From positions 3,908,001 to 3,972,000 of the forward strand of contig CM119378.1 of NCBI GenBank assembly GCA_051294905.1: a DNA stretch of 64,000 nucleotides. The letters run 5' to 3'. A program made the translations under genes and the position numbers. Origin of the DNA: Botryllus schlosseri. Lineage: Eukaryota. This document shows, one piece after another, positions 25,630 through 38,907 of the stretch (position 1 is its first letter; each line of letters starts with the position of its first letter). Below the pieces are notes generated by a model. It searched no databases and was not told where the DNA came from. It worked only from the letters and a program-made list of their open reading frames with translations.

Positions 25630-27448
25630 GGTTTCTGGTACCCTGACTATGATAATATTTGGGGTGTCAGAGTTATCGCGATAATAGCGTTCGACTGATA
25701 CCGCCTAGTATAAGTTGTGAGCTCGGGTTGTTGCGCAGCAGTAGAACTAATAGGCATCCTGCGACTTCAGTACGATTGAGCCTTCTTGGTGCGGAAAATG
25801 GCACTGCTGTTTGCACCTCACTCTGTGTTGATCCCCAGCGGCTCCTTATTCCATCGATAAAACCAATTTTGTCATGAAACTCAAATGGCTGAAGACATAT
25901 GCTGGGCCGAAGAACTATAAACGCCTCTGTATAATGCAAACATACCGGCAACTGGCGCATGTCCGTTGCTTATGTGATATGCGCTTTGTTACTGATGAAT
26001 TACTTTACGCAATTACAGACGAAGCTTGGCTTGTCTCTGTCTCTTCTTTCGCCTTATTTGTGAACAACAAATGTGCAAATTACGTAATTTTCATTGTAAG
26101 ATTCTTTGAAATTGGCCGTTCATTAACATCAAGAGACAGACATTGAACCATATGACTGCGTCTTGTACTTCTCATGGCGACAGCAGAGTAACTGTCTCCC
26201 CTGCAGACATGAGCATGGTTTAGAATTAGGATTTGGGAAATTTCGCCGGATTAGTAGTGGATTAGGATTTGAGATATTTTTTATTGGATTAGGATTAGGA
26301 TTGAATTTACCGATTGGCGAATGGCAACTAAGTCTTTCGCCCAACAACGATTTTACAAAGTTTGTAAAGTTATTACTCCATTTACTTTAAACACTCATTA
26401 AGCGTTTTATTTCTTTTCACAGAATTATATAGGCATATGATGTTAGGCCAGTGGTTCTCAACCGCCGGTCCGCGACGACTTTCCTGCCGGGCCGTCAGGT
26501 ATATTACGATTTTATACCTTAATTTCAAGATGCAATATGTTGAAGCCTTGTCCATTGAAAAAATAAAACTCGTAATTGAAAGAAAAATACAAATACTACT
26601 TCTAAAAAGCGTAAATTTATTTAATGTCTTTTGTCCAGAAAGTTTCAACGGTGGTCTGCTAAAACAGGTCTAACGTTAAAAAAAGTCAAAGTCCACTTTT
26701 CCAGATTAGTAGGCCTACACGTCATGGGCTTCTAGATATAATATAGGTAATTGCGAGATTGCGAAAGGGCAGTTTCAAACGTTATGGGGGGCCATACTTA
26801 CTGTGATGAATTATTTGATACAGGAGACAATGCGGTGTGAACGGAACCACGCAACCCGGCAACCGCACAGGACAAATGCCATCTCACAGATAAAACTTAT
26901 TTTCCAGTGAAGAAATACCAATTTGGAATCGTTTGCGTCTTTTAGTTTAGTGCGCTTGGGTGATTTCAATATTTATTTACTATATAACAGACAGTCGGTC
27001 ACGAATTAATGACATACAAAGAAGTAATTGTTCCAACAGGCCCGCCCGAATATGTTTAATTATTATTGATTTCGTGCCCCAAATTTTCCAAGATGACACC
27101 TCACTAAGCTCTATCAAAAAATCTGATAATTCTGAGAGGATAAAATTTTTTTTAGCAATGTATACGCAATTAACAATAGTATCGACCGACTCTCTGCCTA
27201 CACCGAGTAGAATGGATGTGCTCACAAGTTCTGGTGAAAACATCCGTCCGACTGTGAGAGACCCAAGCCCAACGTTTTTTTGTGGGATTGGCTGACGAAG
27301 TGCCTTTTCGGTCCTGATTTTGTGGATGGCCATTGGCCAGGTATGGCTGTTGCCGGGCGTTTTCGTGTAGCGTATTGTATCCGTAGTAGACAGAGTAGCC
27401 TACCTTACGTCTGGTGGCAGTGAGCAATGGACGTTGAGCAAGGTAGCA

Positions 27449-27494
27449 CCATAGCCTTTATATATTATTATATACAGCCTTGTAGAGGCTATGG
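27449..27494. mobile_element. 46-bp CCATAG-ended mini element
   Basis: TIR CCATAGCCT/AGGCTATGG; 5-bp TSD TAGCA. Confidence 0.65.
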
Positions 27495-28926
27495 TAGCAC
27501 GACAAGGTGCTTGGTTCTTCTCTCGATGTTGTCAAAGTGAAGAATATTATTCGAGTTGGAGGGGTGGATTAAATCTACGGCGCGAAAGATTATAAACGAC
27601 AGTCGGAGGTAGCACCTTTATCTGGGAAAGGCAATTTTACGACGACTCAGAAGACTCACTATACCATAAAATCACATGGATGCCATCATGAACGTAATTA
27701 ATTACGATTAAAACCCTCAAATGTCACTCTTCAGAACCATATAATTGCACAAAACGGATGTATACTTTACATTTTGGGTTGATTTTAATTTTTGAGAGTT
27801 CGCCGATCCGCCGCATATTTTTTTTTAATTCTACCGTTCTGCGAGGCGAAAAAGTTTGAAAACCTCTGATATAGCCATAGGCCAGAGGTCTCAAACACGC
27901 TCCCCGCGAGGACATTTTGTGCGGCTCGCGACGTCAATTTGGAATTTCAAGTATTCCACAATATATTCAAGTGCCATATATCTATTTCAGATTTAATAAC
28001 TTAAATTTCACACTAAAACCACAAAATCCCGAAATCTCAACAACCTTCTCCGTCACATCACTTTTAAAAGCTACCAAGCGGTAGAGATCCGCTTTTACGT
28101 CACATGTCTAGTTTATGATGCTAAAACGTGACTCGTTGGTGATTCGTGACTGAAAATTGCGATTTGGTTTGGTGCGACCTTTCGTAAAATGACTCGATTT
28201 CGGGTTGATTGGGGGATTTAACGAAAAATGACTCGGGTGGAGTCTGGTTAAACGTTAAAATTAGAGAAGGACTTGCGACTTGGAATGGTGACTTGGTAAT
28301 CCTACGGACGCAACAAACTATGAAACTGTCATGGGGAATAGCAATATATCAAAAGTTCGTAGTTTGCGTTGCGCAGGCTACATAGCTATCTAATCAGGTC
28401 AGTGATGGTAACCATTGGCATTCTGTGACCCCCGTGACGTATAGTTGGTTTCATCCTGGATGTTGTTTGTTGTCTTTATCCATGTTATTATCGGTGGCGA
28501 GTAAGGTATAGTAGTAGACGCTGCACAGCTGTAACACCGATGGGTTCCTCGGCGATTGGACATTTCTATTCCAGTTTTTTTTTTAACCAGTGGTCCGTGA
28601 GACCCCTCTGGGGTACGAATCACCACATCAGGGTGTACGAGATGCCATGGGGAGTTCGGCCTTTATGCTGTGGAATATTTTATTGGCCAATTTATTCAAC
28701 GGACTTTTTTTTCGCGCCATGCGCGATTTTATGTGTAAGGTCTTTCTGATTTTAATATAGGTACCAAAGGAAATTGAGTTGAAATGACAACAGGGGGTAC
28801 GGTACGAGCAATCTTGCTGAAAGCACAAGGGGTACGATGGATAAAAAGAGTTAAGAAACAATGGTATTACTATGGCAAAATGCTGAATATATTTAAGTTG
28901 TTGTTGGTATGTTCCAGTATAATCGA

Positions 28927-31458
28927 CAGGGTTGTAACCAAGTCACATTGTTCCGAGTCACGAGTCAATCTTACTTTTGTGGTTTTGACTCGAGTCAAGT
29001 CGAGTCATTTTCAATTCATCACCGAGTCGAGTCCGAGTCCAAGTCACCGTTTAAAGGGTCAAGTCCGAGTCATAGTGTTATGACTCGAGTCGAGTCCAAG
29101 TCACAGTATTGAAGTCATGTTCAACCCATGTTTTCAATCCTGAATTAGCTTATAGCTTATAGAGAATCAACGAATTCATTCTACATGCTATCTGATATAG
29201 AACCAACGAATTCACGTCTAGATACCAGCTGATAGAGAATCAACAGATGCATTGTTTATGTAGACGTACAGTTTTTCTCTCACATTATCAGGTGGTTGAC
29301 TAAAAAAAGGTCAGCTTTCCTGCTCAGCTCTCGAAATAGCCGCCGGAGCGTTACTAATATGAGAGGAAATTTTGGATTAACTACAAATAGAGGTTTTCGA
29401 ATTTTACCGGCCACCTCATGATATTGTTGTATTGTGTAAAAATATGATTCATAGCAAATTTTGCTCAATTCCAACTAGAAAAAGCGAATCTATTAGAGTG
29501 GAATATTTTGGATATGAAAAATAGTCGGCTTACTATTAGCATGTAATTATATTATATGAAATAATTTCTCACCAAAAACACTCCCTTTATTTTCAAATAT
29601 AAAATTTTCTCCTCTCATATCATTGATTCTACTTTTCAAAATTAAACCAGATTCAGTGTTCTTTTTATGCAACATAACAATTTTACCAAGTAGCCACCCA
29701 GTAAAATAAATAAGAAGTTATTTTTATACCAACCGTATTGTACAGACATCACACAACGCGCACAATGCACATACCTAACAAAACGTCAAATGGATGGAGT
29801 GTATTGTGTGTTTTCACTGACAGCAGATGAAATCAATGATGAGTTACAATTAAAAAATACTAAAGTGGAAAGGAGATCCTCATATATGTTTAAGCCGCAT
29901 GGCCTTAGAATAAATCCACATCTACTGAAACCCGTTCCACTGGTGCACTAGATACAGGAATTGACAAGCATTTTTGAACCACATTGAAGAGCATTGGATA
30001 CTCATTATTTCTGGTCGCCCAATAATGCAAAGAATCATCGCCTTCAAATCTACACATGAGCTTATCAGTCTCTTCCAAGTACTTGACCATCTGAGTCATT
30101 TCATTGCCTCTAATTGAACTTTGCTTCGATTGTTTGCTTGTATAATTGAAAAATCCCGAGTACTCTGATTGCGGAGGATCTATTACCTCTTCATCACAGG
30201 ATGATTTTGTAAAATGCATTGCTACTATATGTGCCATTGTCTGTTCTTTTTACGGCGGCATATCTGATATCAGACGAGTGCAACGAAAGCAGTGGCGACA
30301 AGTAGCGACATCGGCAGAATTCGTCATATGTAGGGCGGTTTTTTCTTACCTAAAAAATAGAAAATTTTGACCTAAAAAATCAAAATTTTGACTTTTTTTG
30401 ACCTGAAAAAAAAAATTAATTTTGACTAAATTTTGACCTAACGTATGCAAATTAGGTGTTTTCCCACATAATGTTAAAATTGTACCATTTATCTTCATTT
30501 CTGGTTGGAACTGACTGTCCTAACGAAGTAGTTTGGCCTGAAAAAAACGTTCCTGACTTAGAAACAGGCAACTTTTTACACAAAAAAACAATATTTTACT
30601 GAAATCTGGCCCTATGAAGAATTTCAGTGGTTACAATATTTATTATGGTAGAAATAATTTTAAAAATTTGTAGTGCAACGAGAGATACTTTCCCACGTTC
30701 TTGGGTAGAAAGTGCATGTCCTTACTAAGAAGCTTGCAAGGACGTTCAACAGCAGCAGTTGTTGGCTGACAACAATCAAGTTGCGCGTACACTGCTGGTG
30801 ACACACTGTGTTTCTTCATTCTGACAATGCTGTCTACATCACAATTTTTCACAATGCGCTTCTTCATACAAGAATATTGCAATGCGCAAGAAGTCTTTCT
30901 TCAGTTAGGATATTGCGGTACGTTAACCATAACACCATGTTTACCTACTTGTTTTATTTGACTGTTTATGATTCAGAATGAGCAGACAATTAGCCGTTTA
31001 CAACAGTATGCCTATAAAATAGGCTACAAGCTGTAAAATATCAAATGATAAGTTCACCGACAGTGCAAAATCTACGATGCAAACGAAATGCAGTCGTCAA
31101 AATTTTTTTGACTTTATGAAAAATTTTGACAAATTTTGACCTAACGCTACAATTTTGACAAAATTTTGACAAATTTTGACATGTCAAAAAAAACCGCCCT
31201 AGTCATATGCGTTGATCTAGCCAGTACGATTCGCAAATTTCTTCATCTTCAAGTCATATAAAGTATGCCGAGTCAATGACTTGGGTCGAGTCATGCGTAA
31301 TGACTCGAGTACAAGTCGAGTCAATCCAAATATTGACTCGAGTCGAGTCGAGCCATTTTCCCTTTTCAAGAAAATGACTCGAGTCAAGTCGAGTCAACAA
31401 AAATTCGTGACTCGAGTCTGACTCGAGTCGAGTCATGACTCGAGTCATTACAACCCTG
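28927..31458 (-). mobile_element. CAGGGTTGTAA-family hAT deletion derivative
   Basis: TSD ATAATCGA; minus-strand hAT C-terminal dimerisation remnant at 29905-30237 (SLHYW...EYPML...LSIPVSSAPVER). Confidence 0.9.
30331..31201. mobile_element. MITE with TTTTGAC repeats nested in the hAT derivative
   Basis: TIR TAGGGCGGTTTTT; TSD GTCATATG; empty site in the sister copy near 41560. Confidence 0.9.
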
Positions 31459-34400
31459 ATAATCGAAGTCAAATCTAACGCTGAAATAATTTTTGTTTAG
31501 CAATGACAGTAACAATAGCCTATACTTATCACGACTATATCAAAAACCCGGATTAGGGTACACCGCTCAAATGCTTTGTCATCAGGACAATCTTCAGTAA
31601 ATTTTAAAATATTCTACATAAAGTTGTGGCACGTCAAAGGTCCACTACCTGCAATATTATAACCCGACACTTTTCCGACGTCATGATGCGTCCTCTGGCA
31701 TGATATCTACAACTCATTATTTTAACAAATTATGCCCGGCACAAAATCAATGATATTCAAATATTTGAAAATGTGATTTTTTCCGTGTCAAGCGTGAATA
31801 GTACAATAGTAAATTCCATTTCACGATGTTTGTGGAATGCCTGTCTGCAAGGTCCCGTCAAATAAGGCCTACTTGGAAATTATACATTGAATATCGCTAC
31901 TGTTGATACTGCGGCTCGCGGCGTCATCAAACACTTGGAAATTGTCCCGCGAGCACATTTGAGTTTGAGACCTCTGATGTAGGCCATAACTTTCTAAGTG
32001 GAATTCCAAGCTTGAATCTGGTTAGGATTGGGATTAGGATTTGAATATGCAAAATTTGTGGATTAGGATTAGGATTTTGTAAGTTTTGGATTTGGATTGG
32101 ATTAGAGGACATAGAAATTTCAAATCCGCTCATCTCTGCTCCCCTGACCGTACACCTCTGGTGGTGATTCAGCACGTAATATAACCTAAAATCACCATAA
32201 TATCACTTCTACACCATGTCTTGAAGTTGATTGCACGCACATAACAACGATTCTTACAATATAATTTGAATCATATCAATCCATGGTAGACATAATTTTA
32301 GGATGTTTTATCAATATATAATTCAATGTCGGTATCAATTGCTCTATATGTCATCCAACCACACTGAGGCGTTTCTGCGGTGGCTTTCAATTATCGTGAA
32401 ATTTCTTCGACACCCGCTGGCGCTGTCGACGCGCGCCGCTATGACTTCAAGCCGAAAATTGAATTATCTCTCCGCGCGGATCAGCAATCCGAATGGACTT
32501 GAAATGGAGATGGCAGAATCTCAACTTGGCAGGTTATATCCATTCGATTTGAGATATATCCGAAAAGCATATCTCAATAATTTAGATGCTTCTCTCAATG
32601 TGCATATCTCGTGTGGATGGGTTTTACCCATGCAATTACATGCTTCCAAACTTAACTTCTCGACTTCGCTCTTCTGTTTGAATCTCCTGAAATAGATAGA
32701 ATACATGACACATGTCAATCGAATATTTGCTCGCAATCATCAATTTAATTCTGCACATTGGCATGCAACCAGCATCTGTCATTTCAGCAACAGGTCATAC
32801 CAAGACATAGCAACAAAAGACGTTGGCCGGAGATGAACACCGATGACATTTGCTTATTATACTCACTTTGACACCCTACAAATAAACCAATGAGCCAATC
32901 CGCAGGCATGAAGTTCGGTTCCGAAACCTATGCACTCTTGATCCTCACATATGCTAGACAACCCGCAGATTGCCAGCTAACATCGAGCAGTGCTCATCCG
33001 CGTTGCAGGATGCCTGAACAGATCGTATTTTATACGCATAGAGAGGGTATCGTTGGGTATAAGTTGCTTACATGAGAATATATCCTCGTTCTGGGCGCGA
33101 TCGAGCAGCCACGCAGAGAAGTATGTTATGTTGTCAGCCGATATTATGAAGGAGTTGAGTCTCGCGAACCACGGTAGTTTAGTTACAGTCATTATATATG
33201 CGTATGGTACGCAAAGGGTTAAGAAGCAATGATACCACAGATATATATGGAGTGAATGGTACATTTCGTGAAATCTTTTGGATTTAGGTCGAATGCGGTG
33301 GCTTTCTGAGAGCTATGGCTGCTGCCCAAAAGTTCTTTTTTACACTCTCAACGTCATATTTCGAATGCAGTGCCCCTTGACGAAAACTTTGTATGGCGGA
33401 CACGTTGGTGGATTTGGAAAGCTATATTAACGATCGACTATACTACGCTTAAGCGGTATATATGCATGTTTGTCAAGTTCGCATGCACGTTGTTGGGTCT
33501 TTTCCAGAAAGTAAATTAGGATAAGTCGCTCTTTACCCAAATGTTAGAAAAAAGCTGCCAAGCTGTAAGAAAAAGCGAGTGCAGCCAGTAGTGGATTCTG
33601 GTCCTGTTTAGTGAGCTCGACAACATGCGACCCTGAAGAACAAGCATCCGCCGTTCCGTTTTCATTACACAGCTTGTATCCATCCATCCTCTCGACAAGG
33701 TAGGCTACCTAATGAAAACATCAATATAAGAATAAAACTTATTGAATTTTCTTGGTTATTTACCTTATTCGGAGGTCTGCTACGCAAGATCCGGGAATTC
33801 TGGTTATACCTCGGAGTCCGCGCAATTTAACGGGATGCATTATTTCTTTCCTGGCGGAGTGCTACTTATATTCCTCCACCACGGTACGGTATAGTCTGGA
33901 TAAAGAATTTAACTGATTTGGAGTCTGATTGATTTCCCAGTATAGGATTACGACACAAACATATAAGGATACGATAGCATGAAAACTATATATTGGCAAA
34001 TATAGATGCCATGCACACTGTCCACTACAATCCACCGCGGTCTATCCATATAAACCGTAACGAGCATGCCAGAAATGACAAGCGACCATCCGATAGACCG
34101 TAACCAACTTGTGGGCACTTGTCGCTCGCCGGTTATCAGTTCCGTGCAGCGTTGGCGGTCGGTACGTCGAATTTAGAAAAAATCAAGCGAATTATAGCCT
34201 CTAAATTAAAATCATAATTTCTGGGAATGAAGATCCGGGTCAGATTCGAAGCCAGTCGCGATGATCAGCTGTTAACTGAATCATATGATCCACGAGAGCC
34301 ACATAAGACTGTTTTGATGCTGACGTGTGGCTGCCAGAGAAATAGAAGCGGACAATCATCCAGTAGGATGATTATCACGTTATCACTTTCGTGTCTGCAC

Positions 34401-34599
34401 ATAATGCAGATCAGTTAGTTGTGGCGTGGCTAGAACTCGACGACCGGCAGTCATTGTTACTCCAACCAGACGCCCCATCGACCACAATCAATTCACCATC
34501 AGATTCGGACCAGACACCATCCAAACCAAGACCTGTGTCTGCAACCTAGGTGTTGACTTTGACGACACGCTTTCAATGGAAAACATATCGACTATATAT

Positions 34600-35183
34600 T
34601 AGGGCTGTTCAAAAATAACTTTTTTTCCCGGATTCCAGCCATTCACTGATTAACTTGTCAGGTTACCCTAAAAAATGCTGCACACCAAATTTGGTTCAAT
34701 TCTAACAAGTATAGGACTCCACAGATCCAATTAAAATTTTTAATTTACTATGGAAAATTTAAAAAAAAAATTCAAATTTTTCTGCCAACCCCATGAAATT
34801 GTTGAGCTGTCTTCAAAGACGTTGCAGTTATGGAGTTATGTGTGTTTTTCGATGATGATCCTCGGATTATCCTTGATCGGTGGATATTCCGCGATTTATC
34901 AACGAAAAACTCATATAACTCCGCTTCTACTGGCCGGAATTGACTCAAATTTGTTTTGCAGCGTCTTTGAAGACAGCTCAACAATTTCGTGGGGTTGGCA
35001 GAAAAATTTGAAATTTTTTTTTTCAATTTTTTTATAATAAATTAAAATTTTTAATTGGATCTGCAGAGTCCTATACTTGTTAGCACTGAACCAAATTTGG
35101 TGTGCAGCATTTTTTAGGGTAACCTGACAATTTAATCTGTGAATGGCTGGAATCCGGAAAAAAGTTATTTTTGAACAGCCCTA
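34600..35183. mobile_element. Near-fully palindromic MITE (TAGGGCTGTTCAAAAAT family)
   Basis: Arms are inverted over ~270 bp; TSD CTATATAT. Confidence 0.92.
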
Positions 35184-35345
35184 CTATATATCTAAGATCT
35201 GTTTCATGTATATCCACACAGTCTTGATTAGGCAGTCGAGGTGAGCGGACGTGTCTGTCTAGCTAGCGCCACGTGATCAAGGAAGAGTTGTCTATACGTA
35301 ACGTGAACTCGTCAAAGGGTTTGCCTCTGGCTCTCGCCAAGCGAG

Positions 35346-36653
35346 ATGTCAGAGCAGAATCGTGTTCATGGACATAAAAAAGCAACAAGCTCGAACAAGC
35401 GTCGACCTTCTGTATCTGGAACAATGTCTGATGAGGAAACTAGAAGTCCTCCAGCTAAAACCAGAGCTAACGCCAGCAGCAATATGGATACCGAGACGCA
35501 GCCATTGCTCAAAGTTATCGTTAAAGGCATCGACCGAACAATGAGACACTATCACCCCACAAAAGTGCAGAAATGCTTATTTGATTCAGTTGGCAGTGTG
35601 GAGGGAATCACTATCATGAAATCCGGAGACCTACTCATATCATGTAGGAATGCAACTCAAGTTACAAAACTTTCATCAATGGATATGCTGACAGATAGTG
35701 CCAAGAAAATATCGATACCAGTGAAAATAACTCGGAATGAGGAATCGAAGAAAACTTACATTTCAAGATCAGTTATTTATGGAGTACCGTCTGATATCTC
35801 CGACGATGAAATATTGGATCTTGCAAAACCATTTAATGTCACGTTCGCAAAACGGCTCAAGAGGAAATCGGAACAAGGCTATGTTCCAAGTTTGTGTGTT
35901 TTATTGGGTTTCAGTACACCAAAGGCTCCTGAATACGTATCACTTGGATATTTGAGGTTCGAAGTAAAACCATACAATCCTCCGCCTCTCAGATGTCATC
36001 GATGTAATCGATATGGGCATACAGAAAAACATTGTGGTGGAAGACATACGTGCGTTCGGTGTGGAAGCAAAGATCATGACTACTCCGGATGCAATGGTAT
36101 AGAATTGAAATGTGTGAATTGCCGGGGAACACACAGTGCAGCTTACGCTGGCTGTCCAGTCTACAAAAGGGAAGCGAAAATACAAATCATTAAAGAGAGG
36201 GAAAATCTACCGTACCATGAAGCTAAATCAAAAGTAACTTTGAGTTACGCTGCAGTATGTGCTCGAATCTCTGATTCAGAAAATATAAGAGAGAAAGAGA
36301 CGCAGAACAAAACTACCAAAGCCAGACAAGAACCATGTAAAGCGAAAGATAATGATTGCACTCTGTCGCACCTTCCTAAAATACCCACTCCTCTCCTCAG
36401 TAATAGTAATCAACATCACGAAGACGACAACCAAGCCAACGTAAACTCTTTGTTAACTGCCGTGCACCCGTTACTGTTTTTCGCCTTTATGACAGAAATT
36501 GTCAACCAAACCGCTATTGCATGCCGCACAAATGAAGAAATCGATGTTCCGTGCCTCATATCCTCAGCGTCTGAAAAATGGTTAAGCGTGTCCTTCGACT
36601 CGGCTACGCTGAAAGACATGTTAAGTGCGATCCCAGGGCACCTTCAATCATAA
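35346..36653 (+). CDS. LINE ORF1 gag-like nucleic-acid-binding protein (435 aa)
   Basis: Three Cys/His knuckles: CHRCNRYGHTEKHC, CVRCGSKDHDYSGC, CVNCRGTHSAAYAGC. Confidence 0.93.
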   Translation: MSEQNRVHGHKKATSSNKRRPSVSGTMSDEETRSPPAKTRANASSNMDTETQPLLKVIVKGIDRTMRHYHPTKVQKCLFDSVGSVEGITIMKSGDLLISCRNATQVTKLSSMDMLTDSAKKISIPVKITRNEESKKTYISRSVIYGVPSDISDDEILDLAKPFNVTFAKRLKRKSEQGYVPSLCVLLGFSTPKAPEYVSLGYLRFEVKPYNPPPLRCHRCNRYGHTEKHCGGRHTCVRCGSKDHDYSGCNGIELKCVNCRGTHSAAYAGCPVYKREAKIQIIKERENLPYHEAKSKVTLSYAAVCARISDSENIREKETQNKTTKARQEPCKAKDNDCTLSHLPKIPTPLLSNSNQHHEDDNQANVNSLLTAVHPLLFFAFMTEIVNQTAIACRTNEEIDVPCLISSASEKWLSVSFDSATLKDMLSAIPGHLQS

Positions 36654-37646
36654 CGGATTACTTATTCTACAATGGAACTGCCGTAGCATATATAGAAAGC
36701 CAGGGTTGTAACCAAGTCACATGGTTCCGAGTCACGAGTCAATCTGACTTTTGTGGTTTTGACTCGAGTCGAGTCGAGTCATTTTCAATTCATCACCGAC
36801 TCGAGTCCGAGTCCAAGTCACCGTTTTAAGGGTCAAGTCCGAGTCATAGTGTTATGACTCGAGTCGAGTCCAAGTCACAGTACTGAAGTCATGTTCAACT
36901 TATGTTTTCAATCCTGCTTGGGTGATATCGAATTCCTTGCTTGCCAAACATGCTTATTTTGTCCCTATCATAGTCTTGGCACAAGTTTATTTAGTTAGGC
37001 AGATAACAGACAGTTCCTGGCCTCATATACCGATGCTACAGATAGACGAGACAGGCCGCCAATACGATAACGTTACTAATCTTAGAACTTTAAATCAAAT
37101 ATCTGTCTTGTCAGTCTGATATATCACAAATAAAAGCAATCAGTTTTTATGACGAGCACATCGACGACCGCTCACAAATAGCTTATAGAGAAACGAATTC
37201 ACGTCTACATACTATCTGATAGAAGACCTACGAATTCACGTCTAGCTAGATACAAGCTGGTAAAGAATCAACAGATAAACGCTTATGTAGAGGTACAGTT
37301 TTGCTTTCATATCATATCAGGTGGTTGACCAGAAAAAAGGGTCAACTTTCCTGCTCAGCTGCCGAAATAGTCGCCGGAGCGTTACTTTAGTGCTGAATTA
37401 CTGTCGTCTTAGTCTAATTTGCCCTACATTTACCGAAAAAATTCTCAAAGCTACTTTATAAAATTGTTAGATTATCTAAAAGAACTTAAATTTGGCTTAA
37501 TTCCAACCAGTAGAAAGCAATGCTAAGAGAAAATATTTTGGATTAATTACAAATAGAGACTTTCGAAATACACCGGCTACCTCATGATATTGTTAGATTG
37601 TGTAAAAATATGATTCATAGAAAATTTGGCTCAATTCCAACTAGAA

Positions 37647-38830
37647 CAGGGGTGGGCAAACTACGGCCCGCGGGCCGCATGCGGCCCGAAACGACGTTCT
37701 GTGCGGCCCGCGAGAGTCTAAATAATAATATTGATTGAATGCGTACTAAAATCGAATTAGGCCTAATGCAGAGACTTGATTAATCTTTTTCTTCGTATAT
37801 TTCACCATGATAGTTCTAAGGCAATAGTTGTCAAACTGAGGGCGTGCCCTCATTGGGGCATTGGGGCGTGAAAGCATCTGAAGGGGGCGCGAAGCTGAGC
37901 TCAACTTAAATTTTTTTCGCGCTCCGCGCGATTTACATACATTTCATGTTTGTTGTTTTGTATTTAGTCTGAATTTCATTTTTAAAAATCTCTCATCCAC
38001 AGTCGTAACCTTCCATGCCATCAAACTATCGGTTAAGTTTTCTTGCAACCTGGTTACGTTTTATGATATGACGATAAGGGGGGGGGGGGCGAAGTCTTTC
38101 ACCATCATAAGGGGGGGGGGGCGTGTCTTAAAAAGTTTGAGAACCACTGTTCCAAGGTTCCAAGGTAAATACCTTTTATGCTCACTTTCTGGCACGACAG
38201 CCCGATCTAAAGGCCCACGCAGTTTGAAAGGTTTCAACTGCTAAACATCACAGAAATCCTAACGAGATTGACAGAATTCGGATCACGAGTGTGGTTTCAG
38301 ATTGGCCACTCTAGTTTTCAATATTTCAGAGATGTGCTTATAAAAACGATTCGCGCGTGTCTTCGTTCTCTGTAAGCGTAGAATGAGGGTATTTATATTT
38401 TATCTACACATAGTAGAAACGTGTCTGAAGCTAACATGGTTATAATGCTATGAGCATTGTGTGTCCTGGAACTGTGCCAAAAGTGGAATTAGTAATAATA
38501 TATGAACGGATCGCTGCTCACAGATTCAAATTTCAATCCTGTTCTAAGCAGGGATATAAGAATCGGAACAACCGACTTTCATCTCTATAGTTTTGACGAA
38601 TTGGTTATTGAGGTCGACCATCCTATGACATCTCGTCACTGTTCTTGACGCGTGTACGATATCATAAAGCAATATTTGGTTTCTTTGTAATGAGCATATC
38701 TCAAGGTCCTCACTATATAATCGAATACCAATATTGTGTTTTGGTTTATAATCCTATTTTATAAGTGCGGCCCGCGAATGGATTCCGATATTGAATGCGG
38801 CCCGCGAGCTCAAAAGTTTGCCCACCTCTG
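37647..38830. mobile_element. Charlie-type MITE, with an inner MITE at 37822-38149
   Basis: TIR CAGGGGTGGGCAAACT; TSD AACTAGAA; inner TSD TTCTAAGG/TTCCAAGG. Confidence 0.88.
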
Positions 38831-38907
38831 AACTAGAAGAAGCGGAGTTATTAGAGTGGAATATTTTGGATATGAAAAAGTAGTCGACTTACTGCTAGAA
38901 TGTAATT

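Larger units (their letters stand above)
26204..32138. mobile_element. Non-autonomous TIR element with GGATTA repeats, expanded by nested inserts
   Basis: TIR CAGACATGAGC/GCTCATCTCTG; TSD CTCCCCTG at 26196-26203 and 32139-32146. Confidence 0.75.

Noticed and set aside
26220..26305. GGATTA/TTAGGA repeats as interstitial telomere (also ~32020-32105)
   Set aside because: Not TTAGGG or TTAGG arrays; they are subterminal motifs of the 26204-32138 element
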